From assembly GCA_019752575.1 (NCBI GenBank), contig JAIELW010000013.1, forward strand, positions 82,573 to 146,572: 64,000 bases of DNA. Direction: 5' to 3'. A program made the position numbers and the translations under genes. This document shows, piece after piece, positions 29,898 to 38,829 of the stretch. Below the pieces are notes generated by a model. The model made no database searches, was not told the DNA's origin, and saw only the letters and a list, made by a program, of their open reading frames with translations. Positions within the stretch are counted from its first letter, which is position 1. Every line of letters begins with the position of its first letter. The stretch comes from Xanthobacteraceae bacterium (GTDB lineage: Bacteria > Pseudomonadota > Alphaproteobacteria > Rhizobiales > Xanthobacteraceae).

Positions 29898-31013
29898 ATG
29901 CTCTGGTCGCTGACCGTCGCCCGCGTTGCCGGCACCGCCGTCCGCATCCACGTCACGTTTCTCTTGTTCCTGACCTGGATCTGGTTCGCCTATTACCGCG
30001 AGGGCGGCACGGCCGCCGCGTGGGAAGGCGTGATTTTCGTCTCGCTCCTCTTCTTCTGTGTCCTGTTACACGAATTCGGGCACGTCTTCGCCGCGCGCTA
30101 TTTCGGCGTGAAGACGCCGGACATCACCCTCTGGCCCTTCGGCGGCATCGCATCGCTGGAGCGCATTCCCGAGAAGCCGAGCCAGGAATTCATCGTCGCG
30201 ATCGCGGGCCCGCTCGTGAACGTCGCGATCGCAGCCGTGCTGATCGCCTATCTCGGTGCGACGCAGATGGACGTGCAGTCGCTTGCGAAAATCGAAGACC
30301 CGAAGACTTCGATGATCGTGAAGCTCGCCGGCGCGAATATCTTTCTGGTTTTGTTCAACTTGATCCCTGCTTTCCCGATGGACGGCGGCCGTGTGCTGCG
30401 CGCGTTGCTCGCGACACGCTATTCTTTCGGCCGAGCAACCGAGCTTGCTGCGATGGTCGGACAGGGCTTCGCCGTTCTGTTCGGCATCCTCGGCATCTTC
30501 ACGAGTCCGATGCTGATCGTAATCGCAGTGTTCGTATTCCTCGCCGCCTCCGCCGAAGCGGGTCATGCGCAACTGCGCGACGTTTCGCGCGGCGCGCTTG
30601 TGTCCGACGCGATGATTACGCAGTTCCGCGCACTCAGCACCCAATCTACCGTCGATGAAGCGACCAACGCGCTGATCCAGACGACGCAGAAAGACTTCCC
30701 GATCGTCGATGGCGCAGGCAAGTTGCGCGGCGTGCTCACGCGCGACGCCATGATCAAGGCGCTGAAAGAAAAAGGCCCGATGTGCCCGGTGCTCGAAGCC
30801 ACCGAGGGCGAAGTTCCCACGGTCTCGGCTCGCGCGACGTTAGAGAGCGCGATCAAGCTTTTGCAGGAAAGCCGCGCGCCCGCGATCGGCGCGACCGATA
30901 GTTCCGACCGGCTAATCGGCCTGCTCACCGCCGAAAACCTCGGCGAGATGATGATGGTCCGCGCTGCCCGGCCCAAGGATTACGAGGGTCCGTGGCGCAG
31001 GCGTTTGGGTTAA
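29898..31013 (+). CDS. site-2 protease family (M50) zinc metalloprotease with tandem CBS domains
   Basis: HEFGHVFAAR (HExxH) and NLIPAFPMDGGRV motifs. The C-terminal region is CBS-pair-like. Confidence 0.9.
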   Translation: MLWSLTVARVAGTAVRIHVTFLLFLTWIWFAYYREGGTAAAWEGVIFVSLLFFCVLLHEFGHVFAARYFGVKTPDITLWPFGGIASLERIPEKPSQEFIVAIAGPLVNVAIAAVLIAYLGATQMDVQSLAKIEDPKTSMIVKLAGANIFLVLFNLIPAFPMDGGRVLRALLATRYSFGRATELAAMVGQGFAVLFGILGIFTSPMLIVIAVFVFLAASAEAGHAQLRDVSRGALVSDAMITQFRALSTQSTVDEATNALIQTTQKDFPIVDGAGKLRGVLTRDAMIKALKEKGPMCPVLEATEGEVPTVSARATLESAIKLLQESRAPAIGATDSSDRLIGLLTAENLGEMMMVRAARPKDYEGPWRRRLG

Positions 31014-31024
31014 CCGGGGAACGG

Positions 31025-31052
31025 TTGCCAAGGGGCTAGTGGCCCCTATATA
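31025..31052 (+). promoter_or_regulatory. candidate sigma70-type promoter for typA
   Basis: TTGCCA (31025-31030), a 16-nt spacer, then TATATA (31047-31052). It is followed by the leader hairpin CGCGGGCC-GATT-GGCCCGCG. Confidence 0.45.
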
Positions 31053-31108
31053 CGGGCGCGAATCCGCGGGCCGATTGGGCCCGCGACGCGTTTTCCGGAC
31101 CCGAAATT

Positions 31109-32938
31109 ATGAAGCTTCGTAACATCGCGATCATCGCGCACGTCGATCATGGCAAAACCACGCTGGTCGACCGCCTCCTGCAGCAGGCAGGCACCTTTCG
31201 TTCCAATGAAAAGGTCGCCGAGCGCGCGATGGACAGTAACGATCTGGAGCGCGAGCGCGGCATCACGATTCTCGCCAAAGCCACCTCGATCCTCTGGAAC
31301 GACATCCGCATCAACATTGTCGATACGCCGGGTCACGCCGATTTCGGCGGCGAGGTTGAGCGCATTCTGAACATGGTCGATGGCGTGATCGTGCTCGTGG
31401 ACGCCGCCGAGGGTCCGCTGCCGCAGACAAAGTTCGTGGTCTCGAAAGCGCTGAAGATGGGCCTTCGCCCGATCGTTGCGATCAACAAGGTTGACCGCCC
31501 GGACGCGCGCGCGAGCGTCGTCGCCTCCGAAGTCTTCGATCTATTTGCGGCACTCGACGCCACCGAAGAACAGCTCGACTTCCCGATCCTTTACGGCTCG
31601 GCGAAGGAAGGCTGGATGGCGCCCTCGCTCGAAGGCCCGAAGGATTCGATGACGCCGCTGTTCGAGCTCGTGGTCAGGCACGTGCCGGAGCCGAAAGTGG
31701 AGGCCGGCGAGTTCAGGATGTTGGCGACTATCCTCGAAGCGAACCCTTATCTGGGCCGCATTCTCACCGGCCGCATCACCGCGGGCTCGGTGAAGCCGAA
31801 TCAGATCGTCAAGGTGCTGTCGCGAGACGGCAAGGTTCTGGAAAATGGCCGCATCACCAAGGTGCTTGCCTTCCGCGGCCTCGAGCGCCAGCCGGTCGAC
31901 GAAGCGGGCGCGGGCGACATCGTCGCGATCGCGGGTCTGCAGCTCGCGAACGTCGCGGATACCATCTGCTCGCCTGAAGTGACCGAGGCGATCCCGGCGC
32001 AGCCGATCGACCCGCCGACGCTCGCCATGACCTTCCGCGTGAACGACTCGCCGCTGGCCGGCACCGAAGGCGACAAGGTAACGAGCCGCATGATCCGCGA
32101 CCGGCTGTTCCGCGAGGCCGAAGGCAATATCGCGCTCAAGATCTCCGAAAGCGCGGGGAAAGATTCATATGAAGTCGCAGGCCGCGGCGAATTGCAGCTC
32201 GGCATTCTGATCGAAACCATGCGCCGCGAGGGCTTCGAGGTTTCCGTCGCACGCCCGAAGGTCGTGCTCGCGAAAGACGACAAGACCGGCGAGATGATGG
32301 AGCCGATCGAGGAAGTCGTGATCGACGTCGACGAGGAGCATTCCGGCATCGTCGTGCAGAAACTCTCCGAGCGCCGCGGCGACATGATGGACATGCGCCC
32401 CTCGGGCGGCAATCGTCTGCGTCTCGTTTTCCATGTGCCGACGCGCGGCTTGCTCGGCTACCAGAACGAACTGTTGACCGACACGCGCGGCACGGCCGTT
32501 CTGAACCGCATCTTCCATGCTTACGCGCCATATAAAGGCGACATTCCGGGCCGCAGGAACGGCGTCTTGATCTCGAACGATCAGGGCGAAGCGGTCGCCT
32601 ACGCGCTCTGGAATCTCGAAGACCGCGGGCCGATGATGATCGAGCCGGGCTGGAAAGTGTATCGCGGCATGATCGTAGGCGAGCACACCCGCGACAACGA
32701 TCTCGAAGTGAATGTCTTGAAGGGCAAGAAGCTCACCAACATCCGCACGCAGTCGAAGGACGAAGCGGTGCGGCTCACGCCGCCGATCAGAATGACTCTC
32801 GAAAAGGCGCTCGCCTATATCGGCGAAGACGAACTCGTCGAGATCACGCCGAAATCGATCAGGCTCCGGAAGGTTATGCTCGATCCGAACGACCGCAAGC
32901 GCGAGGAGCGTAAGCGCGAGGCCGAAAACGCCGCCTGA
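31109..32938 (+). CDS. typA: translational GTPase TypA/BipA
   Basis: 609-aa ORF with G motifs [21 protein letters not shown] and NKVDR. The domain order resembles EF-G. Confidence 0.97.
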   Translation: MKLRNIAIIAHVDHGKTTLVDRLLQQAGTFRSNEKVAERAMDSNDLERERGITILAKATSILWNDIRINIVDTPGHADFGGEVERILNMVDGVIVLVDAAEGPLPQTKFVVSKALKMGLRPIVAINKVDRPDARASVVASEVFDLFAALDATEEQLDFPILYGSAKEGWMAPSLEGPKDSMTPLFELVVRHVPEPKVEAGEFRMLATILEANPYLGRILTGRITAGSVKPNQIVKVLSRDGKVLENGRITKVLAFRGLERQPVDEAGAGDIVAIAGLQLANVADTICSPEVTEAIPAQPIDPPTLAMTFRVNDSPLAGTEGDKVTSRMIRDRLFREAEGNIALKISESAGKDSYEVAGRGELQLGILIETMRREGFEVSVARPKVVLAKDDKTGEMMEPIEEVVIDVDEEHSGIVVQKLSERRGDMMDMRPSGGNRLRLVFHVPTRGLLGYQNELLTDTRGTAVLNRIFHAYAPYKGDIPGRRNGVLISNDQGEAVAYALWNLEDRGPMMIEPGWKVYRGMIVGEHTRDNDLEVNVLKGKKLTNIRTQSKDEAVRLTPPIRMTLEKALAYIGEDELVEITPKSIRLRKVMLDPNDRKREERKREAENAA

Positions 32939-32998
32939 TTCATTTTGGGACAGGTGCTGCTGCTAGTGTGGCCAATCCGCCGCGCTTTAGCGGATAAG

Positions 32999-33014
32999 TT
33001 AACCTCTCATTAAC
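32999..33014. promoter_or_regulatory. perfect CtrA-box consensus TTAA-N7-TTAAC
   Basis: TTAA CCTCTCA TTAAC. It sits immediately upstream of a CTTGAA-N17-TTCGAT promoter-like element and 44 nt upstream of the GNAT ATG. Confidence 0.35.
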
Positions 33015-33057
33015 GAAACGCTTGAAACGGGGCTGCCACCCTGTTTCGATTAGGGCC

Positions 33058-33567
33058 ATGAGTACGGTCCTGATCGAACTCCGCCGTGCGCGCTCCGAAG
33101 ACGCGGTTGCGCTTGCGGAAACCCATGACGAAGCGTGGACGGCCGCCTATCGCGGCCTGATCCCGGGGCCGGAACTCGAAAAGCTGGTGCAGCGCCGCGG
33201 GCCCTCCTGGTGGGATGCGGCAATCCGGCGCGGCTCCCGCGTGATCTTGCTCAATTTCGGCGACGAGGTCGCGGGCTACGCGAACTACGGCCGCAACCGC
33301 GCGAAAAGCCTGCCCTACACCGGCGAGGTCTATGAGCTTTACCTGAAGCCCGAGTATCAAGGTCTCGGGTTTGGCAGCCGCCTTTTCACCACCGCGAAGC
33401 GCGATCTCATCCAGTCGGGGCAGTCAAGCCTCGTGGTGTGGGCGCTTTCCGACAACGAGCCGGCGATGAATTTCTACCGCTCGCTCGGCGGCAAGCCGAT
33501 CGCGCGCTCGACCGAGCGCTTCGGCAACAAGGTGCTCGACAAGGTCGCCTTTGGTTGGGCGCGCTGA
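33058..33567 (+). CDS. GNAT family N-acetyltransferase
   Basis: 169 aa from ATG 33058 (MSTVLIELRRARSEDAVALAE). Acetyl-CoA motif QGLGFGSRLF. Confidence 0.88.
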   Translation: MSTVLIELRRARSEDAVALAETHDEAWTAAYRGLIPGPELEKLVQRRGPSWWDAAIRRGSRVILLNFGDEVAGYANYGRNRAKSLPYTGEVYELYLKPEYQGLGFGSRLFTTAKRDLIQSGQSSLVVWALSDNEPAMNFYRSLGGKPIARSTERFGNKVLDKVAFGWAR

Positions 33568-33588
33568 ACTAATCCTCTGAATCTATTT

Positions 33589-33680
33589 CGTCATGGCCGG
33601 GCTTGTCCCGGCCATCCACGTCTTTACTGCGCGGATGATCTGCTAAGGCGTGGATGCCCGGCACAAGGCCGGGCATGACG
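33589..33680. repeat. REP-like element: two head-to-head hairpin units between convergent genes
   Basis: CGTCATGGCCGGGCTTGTCCCGGCCATCCACG (33589-33620) and CGTGGATGCCCGGCACAAGGCCGGGCATGACG (33649-33680). Same family as 49597-49685, in inverted orientation. Confidence 0.8.
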
Positions 33681-33687
33681 AGTGAGA

Positions 33688-34572
33688 CTAGATATTCGGC
33701 GCTTCTAATCCCGCCCGCGCCGCGGCCGCGCGCAACGTATTCACGAGCAAGCACGCGACCGTCATGCGCCCGACGCCGCCCGGCACCGGCGTAATCCAGC
33801 CCGCGACTTTTGCCGCCTCGTCATAAGCGACATCGCCGACCAGCTTGTTCTTTCCGTCCGCGCCCGGCACACGATTGATGCCGACATCGATCACCGTCGC
33901 GCCCGGCTTGATCCAGTCGCCTTTCACGAACTCCGGCTTGCCGACCGCGACAAACAACAGCTCCGCGCGGCGGCAGACTTCTCTCAGCTCTTTCGTCCTC
34001 GAATGCGCGACCGTGACCGTCGCACTCTCCGCGATCAGCAATTGCGCGAGCGGCTTGCCGACAATGTTGGAGCGGCCGACGACAACGGCATCGAGCCCGC
34101 TGAGCGAAGCATGCGCCTTTTTCGCCATGATGAGGCAGCCGAGCGGCGTTCCGGGAACGAGCGAAGGCGAACCGGTCGCAAGTTTTCCCGCGTTCATCGG
34201 ATGAAAGCCATCGACATCCTTTGCCGGATCGACCGCCTCGATCACGCGCGAAGTATCGATCCGCTTCGGCAGCGGAAGCTGCACGAGAATGCCATCCACC
34301 GCGTCATCCGCGTTCAGTTTCGCAATCAGCGCGAGCAAATCTTTCTCGGAAGTCGTTTCCGGCAAGCGGTGTTCGAACGAAACCATCCCGGCTTCGTTGG
34401 TCGCCTTCGCTTTGCTCTTCACATAAGCCTGGCTCGCAGGATCTTCGCCGACGAGTACGGCGGCGAGCCCCGGCTTGCGCTTCAGTTTCGCGGAAATCCT
34501 CGCGGCCTCGGTCGCGACCTTCGCCCGCAGCTCATCCGCGATGATCTTGCCGTCGAGAATCTTTGCGCTCAC
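33688..34572 (-). CDS. folD: bifunctional methylenetetrahydrofolate dehydrogenase / methenyltetrahydrofolate cyclohydrolase
   Basis: 294-aa ORF with MSAKILDGK..., [11 protein letters not shown] and PVPGGVG.MT motifs. Confidence 0.96.
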   Translation of the reverse strand: MSAKILDGKIIADELRAKVATEAARISAKLKRKPGLAAVLVGEDPASQAYVKSKAKATNEAGMVSFEHRLPETTSEKDLLALIAKLNADDAVDGILVQLPLPKRIDTSRVIEAVDPAKDVDGFHPMNAGKLATGSPSLVPGTPLGCLIMAKKAHASLSGLDAVVVGRSNIVGKPLAQLLIAESATVTVAHSRTKELREVCRRAELLFVAVGKPEFVKGDWIKPGATVIDVGINRVPGADGKNKLVGDVAYDEAAKVAGWITPVPGGVGRMTVACLLVNTLRAAAARAGLEAPNI

Positions 34573-34886
34573 GTTTCTTCTCGCGTGATCTTTTCCAGCG
34601 CTGCCGAAATCGCTTTTGCGCCTCCGGCGAGTCGCAGCGTTTTAACACGCGAAGCGCCGCCGCGCTCAAGCGATACATTCGACTTCGGCAATTTCAGCGA
34701 TTTCGCGACGAGCGCAACGACCGCTTCGTTTGCTTCGCCATCGGTGGGCAGCGCCCGCACGCGCACCTTCAGGATCGCTTGCCCACTGGAAAGACGTTCG
34801 ATGCCTTCGATGGCATCGCGCCCACTTTTAGGCGTCACTCTGAGATCGAGAAAAACGCCGCCTGCCACCGCGCGCCAAGGTCGCAA
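34569..34886 (-). CDS. DUF167 (YggU) family protein
   Basis: 105-aa ORF with the ...[14 protein letters not shown]...LKVRV.A.P.DGEAN core. 4-nt overlap with the folD start. Confidence 0.85.
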   Translation of the reverse strand: MRPWRAVAGGVFLDLRVTPKSGRDAIEGIERLSSGQAILKVRVRALPTDGEANEAVVALVAKSLKLPKSNVSLERGGASRVKTLRLAGGAKAISAALEKITREET

Positions 34887-34893
34887 TCTAATT

Positions 34894-35187
34894 TCACATT
34901 CTGCCGAAAATCGCTTCGAGCAATTTCGAGATGAAAATCAGGATTAGAATTACGATGACTGGCGAAATATCGAGGCCGCCAAGGTTAGGCAACACGTTAC
35001 GAATCGGGCGCAGCACCGGCTCAGTTAGCTGATAAAGAGCGCCGGAAATCGTGCGCACCACGTTGTTGTAGGGGTTCACTACGTTGAAGGCGACGAGCCA
35101 GGACAACACCGCGGACGCGATCAGCACCCAGATGTAGAGCGTGATGACTGCATTAATAAGCCAAAGGATTGCCCCAGCAACTGTCAT
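34894..35187 (-). CDS. YggT family membrane protein
   Basis: 97-aa ORF with two TM segments, ...TEPVLRPIRNVLPNLGGLDISPVI is typical of YggT. Conserved yggT-yggU order. Confidence 0.88.
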   Translation of the reverse strand: MTVAGAILWLINAVITLYIWVLIASAVLSWLVAFNVVNPYNNVVRTISGALYQLTEPVLRPIRNVLPNLGGLDISPVIVILILIFISKLLEAIFGRM

Positions 35188-35290
35188 GATTTAGCTCCCC
35201 TCGAATCCGTCCTTAGATAGCCGTGCCGTGCGTCTAAAGGAAGTCGCAGGAACCCCGCGTACTTAACGCGGTTCCTGACACCCCCAAGTC

Positions 35291-35319
35291 TTGACACCCT
35301 AAAGTGCCCCGCCCTAGAT
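35291..35319 (+). promoter_or_regulatory. candidate promoter of tRNA-Ala
   Basis: TTGACA (35291-35296), a 17-nt spacer, then CTAGAT (35314-35319), ending 16 nt before the mature tRNA 5' end. Confidence 0.5.
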
Positions 35320-35335
35320 GCCGCCTCGCCGGACC

Positions 35336-35411
35336 GGGGCCGTAGCTCAGTTGGGAGAGCGCTGCAATCGCACTGCAGAGGTCAGGGGTTCAACTCCCCT
35401 CGGCTCCACCA
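35336..35411 (+). tRNA. tRNA-Ala (anticodon CGC)
   Basis: 76-nt cloverleaf GGGGCCG/TA/GCTC-AGTTGGGA-GAGC/G/CTGCA-ATCGCAC-TGCAG/AGGTC/AGGGG-TTCAACT-CCCCT/CGGCTCC/ACCA. The G3:U70 alanine identity pair is present and CCA is encoded. Confidence 0.95.
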
Positions 35412-35514
35412 GCCTTCGCGGCCTTCGGCCGCTACGGCTCGGCAAACCAGTCAGCGCGAAGGCTGCCGCGCCGAAGTTGCGCAGCAACGTAGGCGGGCAA
35501 AACATAATCCCGAC

Positions 35515-36393
35515 ATGACTCGCATCCGCGCCGACCTCCTGCTGCTCGCCTGTGCTGCGATCTGGGGATTCGCGTTCCTGTTTCAGAAATCGGCGATGAG
35601 CCACATCGGTCCGCTGACCTTCGTCGCGGCGCGCGGGCTCTTGGCAGCAGCCGTGCTGACGCCGCTTGCGATCGTCGAACATCGCCGCTCCAAAATCGCG
35701 GTCGGTAAGCCCTTCGTCGTTACCGGCATTCTCGCCGGCAGCGCTTTCGTGATCGGCTCGTTCCTGCAACAGGCCGGGCTGAAAACCGCGTCGGTGACGA
35801 ACACCGCGTTTCTGACCGCGCTTTATGTCGTGGCCACGCCCTTCATTAGTTTCGCCTTCACGCGCAAAGTAATTTCGCCGCTGATCTGGGCCGCGGTCGG
35901 CCTGTCCTTCGCCGGCACGTGGTTGCTCGGCGGCGGCACGCTCGGCGGCCTGCGGATCGGCGACCGGCTGGTCGCAGCCTCCGTATTCTTCTGGGCGCTG
36001 CACCTTGTGATCGCGGGCTTCGCCGCTCCCATGGGCCGCTCCGTTTTATTCTCGGTGATCCAGTTTCTGGTGGTCGGCTCCGCCGCGCTGATCGGCGCGA
36101 TTCTCTTCGAGACGATCACGCTGGAAACGCTGCGCGCCGCGGCGCCCGACATTCTTTATGTCGGCGTGCTTTCGACCGCGCTTACCTTCACGATCCTCAC
36201 GATGACGCTGCGCGCCACCTCGCCGACCGAAGCCGCGATTATCGTCATGACCGAGACGCTGTTTGCGGCCTTCGGCGCGTGGCTGATTCTAAACGAGAAG
36301 TTAACACTGGTGAGCTGGCTCGGAGCTCTAGCGATTCTCGCAGCCGCGTTGATCGTGCAGCTACAGCAAGTGCGAAACGCGAGCCGGAAATGA
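35515..36393 (+). CDS. DMT superfamily transporter (EamA-like, two EamA repeats)
   Basis: 292-aa ten-TM ORF with the N-terminus RADLLLLACAAIWGFAFLFQK typical of EamA/RhaT-type permeases. Confidence 0.88.
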   Translation: MTRIRADLLLLACAAIWGFAFLFQKSAMSHIGPLTFVAARGLLAAAVLTPLAIVEHRRSKIAVGKPFVVTGILAGSAFVIGSFLQQAGLKTASVTNTAFLTALYVVATPFISFAFTRKVISPLIWAAVGLSFAGTWLLGGGTLGGLRIGDRLVAASVFFWALHLVIAGFAAPMGRSVLFSVIQFLVVGSAALIGAILFETITLETLRAAAPDILYVGVLSTALTFTILTMTLRATSPTEAAIIVMTETLFAAFGAWLILNEKLTLVSWLGALAILAAALIVQLQQVRNASRK

Positions 36394-36397
36394 GAGA

Positions 36398-36429
36398 GGG
36401 ACGGCAGCTGGGGTCTTAGCTGCCGTCCC
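36398..36429 (+). terminator. intrinsic terminator after the DMT transporter gene
   Basis: Perfect 12-bp stem GGGACGGCAGCT / AGCTGCCGTCCC with an 8-nt loop, starting 5 nt after the stop. The trailing TTAGGT is only a weak U tract. Confidence 0.6.
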
Positions 36430-36589
36430 TTAGGTACACGATGAGGCCGGCGACGCATTACCTGATGCCGGCTGGCGTCCTAGTCAGCAATCGTTCTGCC
36501 AAGTGATTTCACGGCGCGCGGACACAAAATCCGGTGCGCTGTTCGCGTTCGATTCTATGGATTGAGAATATTAGCCCGCGCGCTTGCGC

Positions 36590-37333
36590 TCAGATTTCGC
36601 TTTTTGCGAGCGTTTTCGCATTTTGCGATTTTTGGCCCGGCAAATCCATCAAGCCGGTCCAGTGGTCGAGGAAGCGCTCTAACCAGAAGCGCACTTTAGA
36701 GTCATGCATGTAGCGCCCGTCGAAGTGTTCGGCGCGGCTTTTCGCGCCGGGCAGCTCGAGGCGATGCGCGGCCATCGTGGTCCAGCGGCACATCATCTGG
36801 TGCGTCACCTCCGGGTGAAACTGCACGGCAAAGGCCGCGCGGCCGAAACGGAATGCCTGGTTCTCGTAGGTGTCGCTCTCGGCGAGTTTCACTGCACCCG
36901 AGGGTAGTGCGAAACCTTCCCGATGCCACTGATAGACGTGATCCGGCCACTCCAGAATCGCTTTGCCTTCTTCGGTCGCCCGCAGCGCGTAGTAACCGAT
37001 CTCGGTCAATCCCTTCTCGTGAAAGTCCACCTTCGCGCCGAGTTGTTTCGCGAGCATCTGCGCGCCGAGACAAATGCCGAAGAAGGGCTTGTCTTCTTTG
37101 AGCGGCACTTCGCACCATTCGATTTCGCGTTTGATGCCGTCGTGATCGTCGTTCGCAGACATCGGCCCGCCGAAGATGATCGCGCCGGCATGGTCTTCCA
37201 TGGTCGAAGGCAGTTCGCCGCCGAGGCAGGGCTTGCGAATGTCGAGCGTGAAACCGCGCTCGGTGAGCAGCCGTCCGACCCTTCCGGGGGTCGAGCGCTC
37301 CTGATGCAGGATCGTGAGAATTTTCTTCGTCAT
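36590..37333 (-). CDS. class I glutamine amidotransferase (GMP-synthase-like GATase1 domain protein)
   Basis: 247 aa from ATG 37333 (MTKKILTILHQERSTPG). Nucleophile elbow GICLGAQ and an HPE triad element. Confidence 0.85.
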   Translation of the reverse strand: MTKKILTILHQERSTPGRVGRLLTERGFTLDIRKPCLGGELPSTMEDHAGAIIFGGPMSANDDHDGIKREIEWCEVPLKEDKPFFGICLGAQMLAKQLGAKVDFHEKGLTEIGYYALRATEEGKAILEWPDHVYQWHREGFALPSGAVKLAESDTYENQAFRFGRAAFAVQFHPEVTHQMMCRWTTMAAHRLELPGAKSRAEHFDGRYMHDSKVRFWLERFLDHWTGLMDLPGQKSQNAKTLAKSEI

Positions 37334-37411
37334 CGTCGAGTTTCGCGCGTCACATACCGGTCGCATGGAAAGCGAGCGCGTTCAACAGACGATGCGGCAT
37401 AGCTGCCAGCC

Positions 37412-38191
37412 TTAACGAGAAAGTCTGGAGGCGAGCCATAAAAGCAAAGGCTTCGGCATCAGCGGCGCGAACATCGACGAAATCTCGTTGAGTACGCCCG
37501 GCACGACCACCCGCTGCCCGCGCTGAAAGCGCTCCCAGCCGCGTGAAGCGACGAAATCCGCCGAGGTCATCGAAAGCTTCATCAGCCGCAGGCTGCGGCC
37601 CCGGTTGGCGCGATCCGAAAATCCGGTCGGCACCGGACCCGGGCATAGACAGGTCACGCGCGCGCGGCCGCGCAATTCGTACCAGATCGCTTCCGAGAAT
37701 GAGAGCACATAGGCCTTGCTCGCGTAATAGACCGCCATGTTCGGCCCGGGCTGGAACGCCGCGGTAGACGCGACATTCATCACGCCGCCGATCGCGCCAC
37801 CGTTTCCTTCGATGATTTCGGAGAGAAAGCGCCGCGTCAGATCGGTGAGCGCGCGAATATTGAGATCGACGATCCCGATCTGATCGGCGGCATCGAGTTT
37901 CTCGACCGGACCCGCGAGGCCATAGCCCGCGTTATTGATGAGTTCGAAGACTTTCAGGTTCTTCTGCTTCAATGCGCTCGCGAGCTCCTCACCGCATTTC
38001 GGATCACCGAGATCGAGCGCAACAATTTCGGGCTCGGTTGCGCCGAGCGCGACGATCTTCGCAGCCACCGCTTTCATCTTGTCGGCGTAACGCGCGACCA
38101 GCACGATCTTGCGCCCGGCCTTGGCCGCGCAATAGGCGAGTTCCTCGCCGATGCCGCCCGAGGCGCCGGTAATGACCGTGACGAGGCTCAC
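37412..38191 (-). CDS. SDR family NAD(P)-dependent oxidoreductase
   Basis: The GTG at 38191 overlaps the upstream stop (GTGA). TGASGGIG cofactor motif and YASKAY (YxxxK) catalytic motif. Confidence 0.88.
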   Translation of the reverse strand: MSLVTVITGASGGIGEELAYCAAKAGRKIVLVARYADKMKAVAAKIVALGATEPEIVALDLGDPKCGEELASALKQKNLKVFELINNAGYGLAGPVEKLDAADQIGIVDLNIRALTDLTRRFLSEIIEGNGGAIGGVMNVASTAAFQPGPNMAVYYASKAYVLSFSEAIWYELRGRARVTCLCPGPVPTGFSDRANRGRSLRLMKLSMTSADFVASRGWERFQRGQRVVVPGVLNEISSMFAPLMPKPLLLWLASRLSR

Positions 38192-38649
38192 CCGCGATCT
38201 CCGATGGTCGTGCGAATTCGCCTGCGGATTTCCACGCGATCCTGCGAAGCGACGTGCAAGAGTTCGGACGCACGCCAAACGATGTTGTCTTCGAATTCCG
38301 TGAGCTTGCCGTCGGCATAGCCCATCAGAAACAGCACCTCGACCAGCTTCTTCTTGCCCTCGTCGTCGAGTGCGCGATTGATCATGCTCGTGAACTGGTA
38401 AAGGTCCACCGCCTCGCGATCCGCCGCGACCGCCGCGTCGATAAAGGCGTTGGCGTCGTCCGCATCGATCTCGAAGCGCTGCGTCAGCGCATCGTGCAGC
38501 ACGCTGCGCTCCGCATCGTCGAAACTGTCGTCGGAAGCGGCGACATGCACAAGCAGCGCCGCCGCTGAGAGACGGTAGTCGTTATCGTCGAACGGCTTCG
38601 GCGTGTCGCCGGAAATGCCGGAAATGAAGTCGGTGATGGATTGAAGCAT
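38188..38649 (-). CDS. TerB family (tellurite-resistance-like) protein
   Basis: 153 aa from ATG 38649 (MLQSITDFISG...). Contains a TerB-type helical domain (...LLVHVAASDDSFDDAERSVL...LMGYADGKLTEFEDN). The 5' part of the tracked ORF runs through the tRNA gene and is not coding. Confidence 0.8.
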   Translation of the reverse strand: MLQSITDFISGISGDTPKPFDDNDYRLSAAALLVHVAASDDSFDDAERSVLHDALTQRFEIDADDANAFIDAAVAADREAVDLYQFTSMINRALDDEGKKKLVEVLFLMGYADGKLTEFEDNIVWRASELLHVASQDRVEIRRRIRTTIGDRG

Positions 38650-38708
38650 CCTGGAGGGAACCGTTTGGAATTGAACGGCCCAGGAAATAGCATGAAAGCC
38701 GAGCGAGG

Positions 38709-38784
38709 TGGTGCCGCAAACAGGATTCGAACCTGTGACCCCGTCATTACGAATGACGTGCTCTACCAGCTGAGCTATTGCGGC
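38709..38784 (-). tRNA. tRNA-Thr (anticodon CGT)
   Basis: The reverse complement reads GCCGCAATAGCTCAGCTGGTAGAGCACGTCATTCGTAATGACGGGGTCACAGGTTCGAATCCTGTTTGCGGCACCA. It is a 76-nt cloverleaf with anticodon loop TTCGTAA. Confidence 0.95.
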
Positions 38785-38829
38785 TGACCTCACTTGAAGA
38801 CGCCCTGATAGCGGCAGGGCCCGGTCATT

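Noticed and set aside
29824-29913. 29-codon uORF with a well-spaced GGAGG Shine-Dalgarno upstream of, and overlapping, the site-2 protease start.
   Set aside because: Third-position GC is far below that of real genes here (many T/A-ending codons) and there are no recognisable peptide features. I cannot exclude a regulatory uORF, but the support is too weak to call.
35318-35518. 66-aa ORF covering tRNA-Ala, and the N-terminal 48 codons of ORF 38188-38793 covering tRNA-Thr.
   Set aside because: The sequence folds into canonical tRNA cloverleaves. The peptide strings (AQLGERCNRTAEV..., AQLVEHVIRNDGVTGSNP...) are the familiar translations of tRNA genes.
35336-38784. tRNA-Ala to tRNA-Thr interval considered as a possible tRNA-targeted genomic island.
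   Set aside because: There is no integrase or recombinase, I saw no direct repeat of either tRNA 3' end, and gene content and codon usage look native.
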